A stretch of DNA of 64,000 nt from positions 12,462,001-12,526,000 of the forward strand of contig JBHGNT010000011.1 of the NCBI GenBank assembly GCA_043228905.1. Reading direction: 5' to 3'. Below the pieces are notes generated by a model. The model did no database searches, had not been told where the DNA came from, and was given only the letters and a program-made list of their open reading frames with translations. Positions 1 through 10,717 of this stretch are shown here, piece after piece. Position numbers and translations under genes: made by a program. This DNA comes from Azolla caroliniana. Lineage: Eukaryota > Plantae > Polypodiophyta. Position 1 is the stretch's first letter. Every line of letters begins with the position of its first letter.

Positions 1-1
1 T

Positions 2-400
2 CTTGTACTTTGTGTCCACCGAGGCCGTCCAATCCGACTCGAGCCCGTTACAGAAGTCGGCGATGACTTCGTACATCCCTTCCGAACATACCAGAATCGT
101 CCGGTCCTTTTTAAGGCCTCCTCCGACCACCTCTTGTAATTGTCCCAAGGTGTCGTCAAAAGAGACCGCCTCCACGGGTCCATTGATTTCCTCTCCAGGG
201 CCGAGGACTCCGCATGCCCGAAGTCGCTCCTCCGTCCTCTTCTTCTCCCGGCCAACGACGCCGACAATCGTACAACCCCCGCTGTCGGAGAACCAAAATT
301 TCCTACCTATGGTACAAGTCTTCTTCCCTACTGTACATTTGTGGGGTGTTTCCGGGGTGTCTGGACTATCGCGGCCCCACGCCTTGATAGCCCTCTCTAA
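2..400 (-). CDS. pol: Start of gypsy pol in the -1 frame relative to gag-pro (partial)
   Basis: 133 codons with no stop from the slippery site to the window edge, ending ...VDTKYK; it has no ATG start of its own at the junction. Confidence 0.65.
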
Positions 401-406
401 AAATCC
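363..406 (-). promoter_or_regulatory. Putative -1 programmed ribosomal frameshift signal
   Basis: G GAU UUU heptamer (406-400) immediately before the gag-pro stop, 6-nt spacer, then stem GGGCUAUC/GAUAGUCC. Confidence 0.65.
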
Positions 407-2550
407 CCTCGGGTTTCGCCTCCGAGGGTCTCGCGGTTACGCTCATGGTTTGGTTGCACCGTCAGGAACTGGACCAAGTGAGGTCCGTCCTGGCTTTTGA
501 CTCTTGCATAGGCCGAACCGTTGTCCAGCACCTTGGTCTCCATCCGTGCCGCCGTGATGTATGGTTCTCCTAGTATAACCGGATGTGAGGACGTCTCCTG
601 CATGAAGAAGTGCTGGTCGATCTTGACATCGCCGATTTTCACTCGTACGTTCGGGCAGGCTCCATGTAGTTCTTTCGTGGCGCGCGTCGCTGCCCATATT
701 TTCCAACCGTGTTTGGTGTTGATCGGCCATTTCCCCCTTTTGTAGAAGTCCATGGACATCAAGTTGATTTCTGAACCGTGGTCCACCAACGCCGCCACCG
801 GCTCCTGGACATCCCCGATCTTAGCAGGGGTCTCCGTGGTTGCTCTGGCCCAGTGTGGCCTCGAATAGTGGCTTTTTGCCAACTCTTCTTCTAGTGCCAT
901 GTCTTCTATGTGCATCGTTTGCACTTCCATCGGCTTCTCCGGCTCTGGCTCTGTCGACAGCCTCTTCCTCTTCACCAAGTCTACGATGGAGTCGTGGAAC
1001 TCCTTCTTGGCGATCCCGAGCACTTCCCTCAGCGATAGTTCCACTTTGTTGTCGAGGATACGTTCCTCCAGGACCTTTCGCAGGTCCATGGTCCTTTTGA
1101 TTTCTGTGCTCAACCGGTACCCAGCCTTCTTGGCTTTGTCCGGTGCGCCGATCGCACCGGCCTCATTCTGCCTTTGACCGAATCGGGTCTCGTACCGTTG
1201 CGAGGGCCCGGCTCCTCCGGTTTTACCTACTCGCTTGTCTTCCACCAGAGCCTTGTAGTTCTGACATGCGACTTCAACGAAGCCCGTCTTCTCTTCGACC
1301 GGGTGGCACCACCCGGTTACCTTCCGGACCCGTTTTTCCGCGCGGTCCGCTTCTTCTTTCCTTAGTCGTGCGCCGACGAGGCCTTCCAGCATCAACGGCC
1401 AGAATCCGGCTTCGTTCTTCTTCCGGGCCTCACCACCTTCGACCCGGATCCCAACCGACGCCGAGTAGTGGACGGTCTCCGCGTGGCGAGCCGCCGCTTC
1501 TTCCATCAGCCGTTTCATACCCCCTCGTCCGACATTCAGGTCCAGGGCCCTTCGGGTCTCGCTAGCGTGCACCCGACCGTTCCATAGGTACACCACGTTG
1601 GCTCTCATTGCCTCGGCGAAGTCCCCGCATTCCTTTGGGACGTGGCCGACCGCGTCGCACCACAAACACCGGTTTCCAGCCAGAGGCCTTCGGTCACGGG
1701 CCTGTTCGCCGCCGTCCCTCCGTGCATGTGCAATCTGGAGGTCCTTTACCATCCTAGTCAACTCCTCTAGAGCTGCTCCTCCGGACGAACCTTTGACCAT
1801 GCCGGTCGAAGTCGATCCGGTCTCGAGCTAGTCTCGGGTCTCTTCCCTTTGCGCTGGCGGGGTTGGCTCGAGTTTCCTTGATGCTACAGAGCCCGCCCCT
1901 GTTGATCCTTTATCGACCCACTCTCGCCGTTTGTCGAAACGGCCACAAACCCTCTTTACCACGGCCCAATCGGCCGCCAGCCCGTCATCAGTCTCCAGCA
2001 GGAGACCCACTTGCTCCCGGTCCCTCGCATCCACCGACTTAACGAACAAGAGGACGCGACTTGTGTCTAGTACGGTCCGGTTGAGCGCCGAAAGTCGCGC
2101 GAAGCGTTCTTCAAATTCATGGAGGAGCACCAACACGTTTCTCCCCTTTTTGGGGGTCTCCACCCATTCCATGAAGTCCCGTTTCGAGAGCCGGAGCGCG
2201 TCATCAAGCGCATATTTTTCGAGGAGCTGACCTTCAAACTCTTCCCAGGTCCGGTTCTCAGCCCGTACCTCGAGCACCTCCGCATGGATGCCCGACATCG
2301 CCACCCGAGGGAATCCGATCAGTCGCCTTTCTTCCAAAATGTCTCTCATTACCATCTCGGCCCGGTAGGCCTCCAAATAGCTTGTGGCGTCCTTCCCACC
2401 GAACCGGCCTATCGTGCCGACGACCGCTTCAATAGCCCTATCGAGGGCGCTTGCACCTTTGCGCGCACTCACTATCCGATCCACAGCTGAAGCCATGGCT
2501 TCCGTGAGATCCGACCCCCTCATCTTTCTATTCCTCTGCCGCCTATTCAT
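397..2550 (-). pseudogene. gag: gypsy gag-protease with one in-frame stop at 1828-1830
   Basis: ORFs 1828-2550 and 397-1800 are in the same frame; FGGKDATSYL gag motif, CLWCDAVGHVPKEC zinc knuckle, LVDHGSEINLM aspartic-protease motif and ILGEPY. Confidence 0.85.
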
Positions 2551-2563
2551 GTCGGGTTCACCA
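2546..2563 (-). promoter_or_regulatory. Primer-binding site, tRNA-Trp
   Basis: TGGTGAACCCGACATGAA, complementary to the 3' end of plant tRNA-Trp (...TTCACGTCGGGTTCACCA) with one mismatch. Confidence 0.85.
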
Positions 2564-2567
2564 AATA

Positions 2568-3266
2568 TGTCGTGTTGTTACACGCGTGCGTGGGGAACGA
2601 GCCGGGACCACCGGGGTCTTGGACCGAGAAATAGCTGAGATGGAGGAGAGCGGAAAGGCAACGGACACACTTGCACACGCACAGACACAGGAGCACACAG
2701 GAATCACAGTCCAACGACACAACAACACGAGACGACTAGAAGTCTGAGTATATGAACACGTATGTATATTAATATATATATGTATATCGAGATAGTTACA
2801 ACTAACAGGCCGACAAGGCGAACACCGACGCCTGTTCACTCACACACACAGAAGAGCGAGATGGAGACTTTGTCGGAAGCACACGGGCTTTCCACGGAGC
2901 AGAGTCAGCCTCCCGAAAACCCTACGCAAAAATGGCTATGGAGAGTGGTAGAGGAGAAGGGCTCGATCCCAGTCCGGCAACACTTCGTCCTCTCTCATGC
3001 GCGATCCCTTCCCCGATTCCTCTCCCTCTCTTTTATAGCCCAAGGAGGGAGGTCGTTATCATCCGTTACATCATATCAATTCTCTGTGCTTTCGGACAGA
3101 GATACACCTCGATTCACTCCCTATTGAATGCGTGCTACCTAGGATTTCACCTCAGCCGACTTGTACCTACCTACTTACTATACAACGAAAAGTGTGCTCG
3201 CGTGTAAGGGCCGGTTTACACACGCTAAACTTGGTTTCCGCCTAGGGACGGTTTTTCTTCACAACA
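2568..3266 (-). repeat. 5' LTR of gypsy element (~699 bp)
   Basis: TGTCGTG...CACAACA inverted termini adjacent to the PBS. Confidence 0.8.
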
Positions 3267-3270
3267 ACGT

Positions 3271-4054
3271 ATGGTATCGATAATGTGGGAATCCAATGGT
3301 GTACCGAAAACCCATGTTACTTGCAGTCGTGCCGGTCCCAATATTACTTGCTTTTGAATATTGAATGCTGGATTATCGGGTTTTTAGTACTATTATAACT
3401 ATGAGAAATTTCTAATGAAATAGACTCGGGTTTAGTACAAGCTACTACTTGATTTACCTGTCTTCTTGGCCTATGTGGACAATTTACTGTGATATGCCCT
3501 GGCCCTCCACAATAGAGACATAATTGGTTTGCTCAGCGTCATTGCTTTTCTTCTTCCTACAATGGACCACAACGACGTGTGGTGTCAATTTCCATCGGTG
3601 TTGGAGTATTTGCCGGAGATGCATTGTATGACTCCCTTGCAAATGGTTTTGCTACAATCGAGGCGTATGTGGGCTTCGACCTAGTCCTTGGCATTTGTAA
3701 TTGGTGTTCCGAACGTCGCTCGAAAAGCCGGTTATCGCATCTTACCGCTCGACTGATTGCCTATGTGAACGATTTTGGTTCTTCAGCGAAAGTCAGGAGT
3801 AAGTCTTTGACATTATTTCATAGGCCGTATCAAAATTTTTCCATCAATGCTTGATCATCCTTGGGGATATCGGAGGCGAGTAGACAGAAATCTGCAGCGT
3901 ATGCGGAGGCTGGATGATCACATTGACGTGATCATTGAATTTTGTTGATTGCCATCCTTATGCTATCAATATCTCCAAAATAAGCTTTAAACTCACTTAT
4001 AAACTCCTCAAAATTATTTAGTAATGGAGATTCCTTTTCTAACAACGGAGCGAA
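3271..4054 (-). pseudogene. Decayed Ty3/gypsy gag(-protease) fragment
   Basis: FAPLLEKESPLLNNFEEFISEFKAYFGD is homologous to the gag at 14803-15249; many stops. Confidence 0.6.
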
Positions 4055-4069
4055 TCTGCACGAATTGTT

Positions 4070-4460
4070 GCCGCTACTGTGCGTTCCAAGCATCATCAAA
4101 GAGTTGTTCAATCTGACGGGGTTCTCTTCTTTGTGCCACTCTACACTCAAGGGCCGCTACTGTGTGTTCCAAGCATCATCGGTAACTGTTCAATCTGGCG
4201 GGGTTCTCTTCTCTATGCCACTCTACACTCAGGGGCCGCTACTGTGCGTTCCAAGCATCATCGGTAACTGTTCAATCTGACGGGGTTCTCTTCTCTGTGC
4301 CACTCTACACTCAGGGGCCGCTATTGTGAAGGTCGTGTATTGCTGCCACTTTTCGACCCGACGGCGTTAACAACTCCACTGCCACCATTCTACTCTCAGG
4401 TGCCTTCTCTGTGCGTTCCAAGCATCATCAGTAACTGTTCAATCTGACGGGGTTCTCTCC
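4070..4460 (+). repeat. ~83-bp subterminal tandem repeat (about 4 units), copy A
   Basis: Repeated GCCGCTACTGTGCGTTCCAAGCATCATC...GTTCAATCTGACGGGGTTCTCTTC. Confidence 0.85.
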
Positions 4461-5553
4461 TCCATTGCCATCATTCTACACTCAGTTGCCGCTACTGTCC
4501 AGTCCTGGATTGCTTCCACATTTCGATTTGACGGAGTTCACTCATCCAACGACAACATTCTACACTCAGTTGTCGCCATTGGTCGGTCCTGGATTGCCTC
4601 CTCAATTGTTCGATCCAACGGATTGAACTCCTCTACTGTTCGGTCTTGGATTGCAATAACTTTTTTGTCTATTGATTATCTTGTGTATTGTTGTGTCTAA
4701 TCTTGTGTATTGTGGAATATTTTTGTGTATTGTTGTTGCCCATAGCCATCTTAAATACTTGTTTTTATTTCTGGAAATTTAGGGTTTTAATATGTCCAGC
4801 CAAATGGAAGGGGAAGAAGGGTGTTTAGAATTACTCCTCAATGATCATAAGGATAGGGATGATGCTATCAGGACACAATAAGCCATACGAAACTATTGGG
4901 TAGAAAAAAAAAGGAAACATTGTCAATTGTTGAAGGATACAAAAGCTACACTCAGTAAAGGTAAGGATAGTTTAGCTGAGAATGTAAGTAATGCGACTAC
5001 CATCATAGAGAGAAAGGTTGTAGACTATTTCAATGTTCAAACCAATCACATCAGCAATGAAGAAAAGAAGGTAGTACTTTATGGAATATGTAATGATCCA
5101 TCGATAAAGGACTTAGTTGATTGTGATGGTCTTAATGCAAACATATCATCTATTTTAGTAAATAATCTTCGTAATAGTTTCGTATCCATGAGCAGGTTAG
5201 AAGATGATCTTGTCTTAAAAAGTTCTAGTCTGATGATGTTACTTAATAGTGATGTTGACGATATAAACATCAGTGAGCTATCTAAGGTAATTGGTGTTAG
5301 TAGAAAAACAGTGTACAATACAATGAACCGTATAATTTCCTCGGGTGAAGGAACTAGTCTACTAAAGCTAACTACAAGATGTAAGCCAATGACATCCATA
5401 ACATTTGAAATCAAGGATGTAATCACAATGTTTTGGACTAATGAGAGTAGGGTTTCACCCAATAAAAAGGATTTATGCAGGAAACGTGTTGGAAGAAATC
5501 AATACGAGGAGCATCCCATTCATCTTCTTGATGTACCTCAGGTATTTACATTT

Positions 5554-6293
5554 TGTTGGGAAAACAGGTCCCTCCAGATGGGAAGGAAGAAGAACAGTGC
5601 CGAAACCGTATGAGGAGGACCCGGCTACGGAGAGCCGGATGGTGCAGACCCGGTATGAACCGGATGAGGAGTACCTGGCTACGGAGAGCCGGATGGTGCA
5701 GACCCGGTATGAACCGGATGAGGAGTACCCGGCTACGGAGAGCCGGATGGTGCAGACCCGTAATGAACCGGATGAGGAGTACTCGGCTACAGAGAGCCGG
5801 ATGGTGTAGGCCCGGTATGAACCGGATGAAGAGACATATTCGTAAATATGTTTCTGAGAGCCCATCGAGGCTACATTTGTAAATAGCCGAAAAGTCATAT
5901 TAGTATAAATATGACTTAGGGCAAACTTTTAGTATGGTGGTTGTTGTTATTCTTCCTTGTTGGTGCAAGAAGAAACGAGAGCGCGTAACTATACAGAGAG
6001 AGAGAGAGAGAGAGACAAGGTCGTTGCCTCTGTTGTAACCGCCGCCTGTGGCGAAGAGCGTGAGTCCGAGGTCGTTGCCTCCGTGAACTCACTGTTTTTT
6101 GTACATTCATACATAGTGACAGTTTGCAGCCTGTGGGCTGCCGTGGTTTTTCCCCTAGTTTGGGGTTTTCCACGTAAACCTCCTGTGTATCTTTCTCTTC
6201 TTAGTGTCGCGTTTCATTACCTGTTTTTCTGTGTATGAAAAGAATCTCGGTTGTGGCCGAGTCTTGCGCATAAGGAGCGTTGGGTTCCCGACA
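5554..6293 (+). mobile_element. Ty1/copia solo LTR inside the transposase intron
   Basis: TGTTGGG...CCCGACA, 5-bp TSD CATTT on both sides; absent from copy B; shares blocks with the copia LTR at 56836. Confidence 0.9.
5605..5830 (+). repeat. 54-bp tandem repeat x4 in solo LTR U3
   Basis: TGAGGAGTACCCGGCTACGGAGAGCCGGATGGTGCAGACCCGGTATGAACCGGA units. Confidence 0.9.
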
Positions 6294-6329
6294 CATTTAT
6301 CTCAACATTTGCTTTGACTCTACACGGAA

Positions 6330-7310
6330 AGTTAATTAGCTCAGTTAGCAGAAAAGCTAATTAGCTTATCAATTACATTTACCTCAGTTAGCCACTAGGA
6401 TAGCTACTACATAGGTAATTGGCTACTCTCAATAGCTACTACCATGATAGCTAATTAGCTATTCTCAATAGCTAATTTAGTTACTACCAAATAATTAGCT
6501 ACCAAAATAGTTAACTAGCTACCATGATAGCTAATTAACTATTCTCAATAGCTAATTTAGTTATTACCAGATAATTAGCTACAAGAATAGCTAATTAGCT
6601 TTTAGGATAGCTAATTAGCTATTAGAATAGGGTTTTAGCTACCATGATAGCTAAATAACTACTAGAATAGCTAATTAGAATAGGTAATTAGCTAATTAGC
6701 TATTAGAATAGGTAATTAGCTACCATGATAGCTAATTAGCTACTATGATAGTTAGCTACTCTAGTTATTACCAGCTAATTAGCTACTAGGAAAGCTAATT
6801 AGCTACCATGATAGCTAATTAGGTATTAGGACAGCTACTATGATACCATGATAGGTAATTAGCTACTAGAACAGCTAATTAGCTACTAGGACAACTAATT
6901 AGCTACTAGGATAGCTAATTTCGTTATTACTAGCTAATTAGCTAATAGGAAAGCTAATTAGCTACCATGATAGCTAATTAGCTACTAGGACAACTAATTA
7001 GCCACCATGATAGCTAATTAGCTACTAGACCAACTAATTAGCTACCATGATAGCTAATTAGCTACTAGGAAAGCTAATTAGCTACCATGATAGCTAATTA
7101 GCTACTAGGAAAGCTAATTAGCTACCATGATAGCTAATTAGCTACCATGATAGCTAATTAGCTACAAGGACAGCTAATTAGCTACTAGGATAGCTAATTA
7201 GCTACTAAGACAGCTAATTAGCTACCATGATAGCTAATTAGCTACTAGACCAGCTAATAAGCTACTAGAACAACTAATTAGCTACTAGGATAGTTAGCTA
7301 GTTACGAGAA
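6330..7310. repeat. TAGCTAATTAGCTA palindromic minisatellite, transposase intron, copy A
   Basis: Dozens of ~20-bp units: palindrome plus CCATGA or CTAGGA-type spacer. Confidence 0.95.
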
Positions 7311-9452
7311 TAACTAATTCCCCTTTATTACGCAGGTCGATTTATTTATTAGGTTCAAACAAATGCATCCAAATATCAAAGTTCAACTACGAACATTCGA
7401 GTCTCTTAAGCCACACTTTGTGAGACGCTTAAAGGATCGATACACATGTTGCATTTACCATGTACAGATGGGTTTTCTGAAGGACTCTGTTAATCTACTA
7501 CGTCACCATAGTGCATCCCTAACTAATACAGTTTGCACATGTGGGTGCCCAATCCGAGCACATTATCTCTTCCATGAGTTATTTATTAGATTCAATATTG
7601 TGTCCGAGAGAAATTGACGCTATCTTCCATAGTCATAAATGTGTCATGGGTTTATGTCAAGATTGTGGCCCTACTAGATTTAGGTGGTGTCCAAATGAAT
7701 TGAGTAGTGAAATATTGTTCTTTGTGAAGTTATTTGAGTAAGTGAACACCAATTTCGAAGGAAAGGTGTGTAAAAGAAAGGATCTAGTTCGGAAGATACT
7801 TAAACCAAGGGATTTGGTGTCTCTATTTGTAGTATCTCTAGGAAAGTTTATTAAACACAACTTCATTTATTCATGGCAGGCCCATCAATTTAAGACTTGC
7901 ATATCTGATTTCCCAAATGATGTAGTAGTCTCAGTAGTAGATTTCGCAGAGAATTATACTTTCAAGCAGCAGAATGAAATTCAATCTATGCATTGGTGTT
8001 CAATTCAGGTAACCATTTTTGTGCACATAACATATTTTCGAGTTTTAGGTGATGTTAAAAAAGTGATGATAAGAAGCATGATACCTTGTTCGTCCAACAC
8101 TGTTTTAAGTTACATTGGCAGTGGTTATTAGCTCAACGTTTGGAGCTTACTCAACATTAGGTCTGGTCTGACGGAGTTGCGTCACAATTCAAGGCTCGAC
8201 ATCCATTTTATTTTGTGGGGAGGTATCTTGCTATAACAGGTTTGGAAATGAGATGGAATTTTTTTGGGTCTGGCCATGGTAAAGGCGAACATGATGGTGC
8301 AAGGGCTGTTATAAAGCGGGCACTTACCCATGAACAACTAAAGACAGATGGTGTGCACATGTAGTTGAATTTTTAAGAACAAATATGTCAACGAGTGCAA
8401 CAGGTGTTTATTCCTCGCAAGTCCGAGATATCAAACGTGAATTTTGGGAAGTGAAAATAGATAAAGTAAATAGGGAGAAGACCTGGGAGTGCCAAGGAAT
8501 TCCCGAATTGCAATCTCTACATGTTGTTCGCGGTTATTCCAGGTTGGATGGTCATTGTATTGCAGTTAGAGAATTGACTTGTTTTTGCTTCCATTGTGTG
8601 CAGGGAAATTGGAGATATTGTCTAAACAAAGCATACATTCAGAATTGGGAGTATCACACTCTGAATGATAAGGAAGCAGTTGATGGAGAAACAGGGCAGA
8701 ATGCTGACTTCACATATGAGGGACTTGGAGATACTTTGAGTGATGTCTTGAACGTTGGGGATAACTTCGCTGTAAATGCTGAAGAAGGCAATTCAGAGGG
8801 TGCTGATTTCTATATATTGAAGTGCACGGTTAGTAAACAGTGTGCAAGGCAGAATATTGTAGATGCATGGGGAAATTTTGTATCTGTCGGGACATTCTAC
8901 ATCAAAGGCATTTTTTATGCAAAACTAGATGACTACGAATATGTGTATAGGTTGTTAGAAGACAAACTAGCGGCGTACATGTACTCTCATTTTGTCAGGT
9001 GCATCAACGTCCCAATGTGAGAATACAATAGCTGCTCAGGTTTATACACTATTGGTGCTAATGTGTATGAATGTATTTACCATAGTATGCCATGGAATTT
9101 GTAGCTACAAGTAGCAATTACCATCTTCTCTTGTAAAACAAACATGTATTTTGCGAAAACAGTTAAATAAACTCGTTTGAGAATCAATTTCTTGTATACA
9201 GTCTGCTTTCTGTGCTTCTTTCTTAATAAAATCATGTCTTTTTTGGTAAGTTTTAAGTTATAAGTTATAGCGAAATAGTCATCAGTAGCTAATTAGCTGT
9301 ACAAATGCAGCTAATTAGCTGTCAATAGCTAAATAGTCATCAATAGCATGAAATCAACAATCTGCAACATATTCCTCAAATTACACAGTAGATAAGTACA
9401 GTGGGAACAAGTTATTAAATTCTTCATTGAATAATGTCATCTCTTTACATAT

Positions 9453-10547
9453 TTATAAATTACCATTGGAAATGTCTACAAATCTCCTATAAACAGCTAA
9501 GCTCTTGCTAGTTAGTGGAACGAGTCTACATATATTATCCGCATATCGAGCTCGGTATGGAGTCCACAACCATGCACCTAGTTGGCAGCTCACTGTTTGC
9601 ACTAGGTACTGTTCAGGCATTTCCTCGGGTAGAATGAGACAGAATCTCCGAATATTGAAGTAGTGCCGGAAATGTTCTATATCCAAAATCAATGTGATGT
9701 CGGCATTATATTCAGGCCAAGTAGCCCAAAAATCAGAAAGTCTCTTGAATCTTGCAGCTTCCATTTGCTCATAATTTTCTCGTGCCCATTGACCTTTAAA
9801 ATGACTTTGCCATTTTGGGAAGAATCTTGCTAAACACTTCCATACATCTGATTTTGGTTTTTCACTCCAAATAAACAAATCAAAGTATTGCACAACCCAC
9901 TCTAGAAACTGATTCGCGTCCCTCCTTGGCTGCATATATCTCACACTCATCAAGACTTTATCAAGCTCCAAGTTCAAGGCTCTTCTTTCGACTTCTAGTG
10001 GTTTAGGTTTCCATTCCTGAAACTGAGCCGTTGTTACACCATTTTCTGGTAGGACACGATCAATCTCAATCAGCTCAGGTTCGGCCGACACAACTGGCGT
10101 CCTTTTCCTCTTCAAACCCCTAGTCGACTTTGTAGGGCCTAGCTTCACATTCTGGTGCTCTTGTTTTGTCGACTTAGTTATCAATCCTTGGATTACCCCA
10201 GTGCATGTAGCTACTGATCTGTTCGATATCAGTCCACTGGTATCACATGCTGCATCTACCTACAACATCAAGTCATCCGTGCAACATGCTGCATCTACTT
10301 GCAACATCAAGTCATCCGTGCAACATGCTTGATCAACTTGTGTGACCAAATCACTTGTGTCAGTTGCCACATCTACTTTCAAGATGGGGCCCTTTAAACA
10401 CGCTGCAACATCAACAGTATCCACACTGCCATTGGCCTTAGGAGCAATAGAATCAAACCCTTTAGACTCTGCAACATCAGAAAACACCAACATATTCACA
10501 CTCACAAAGTAACTAACAGTCTCACAAAACAACATCCTGAACATCAA
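9453..10547 (-). pseudogene. FCP1/SCP-like (NIF, HAD-fold) phosphatase-domain cargo gene, copy A; one in-frame stop at 10260-10262
   Basis: LNLELDKVL...PRRDANQFLEWVVQYFDLFIWS...WAREN...FKRLSDFW...ITLILD follows the NIF-domain motif order; ORFs 10260-10547 and 9453-10184 are in frame; the 5' end is uncertain. Confidence 0.7.
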
Positions 10548-10717
10548 AGAGTTTCAGTCATAGAACAACACTCTTCAAATTATCTTGGAAAAACATCATA
10601 GAGTTCCATTACATAATGTGGATCAAGCAACAACCAATCTGAGGTTTTACTTGTCCAACATGATAGTAAAACTTCCTAAAACCCTAGCAAAATCCCTAAG
10701 CTAACAATCATATCCAA

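Larger units (their letters stand above)
1..3266 (-). mobile_element. Ty3/gypsy LTR retrotransposon, 5' part (5' LTR, tRNA-Trp PBS, gag-pro, start of pol); runs off the window start
   Basis: LTR 2568-3266 with TG...CA inverted ends; PBS 2546-2563; gag, CCHC knuckle and protease ORFs; flanked by ACGT at 3267-3270. Confidence 0.9.
4792..9104 (+). pseudogene. Sola-like transposase pseudogene, copy A (exons 4792-5541, 7336-9104)
   Basis: Highly similar to the copy B transposase but has premature stops, an extra A in a poly-A run and several deletions. Confidence 0.85.
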
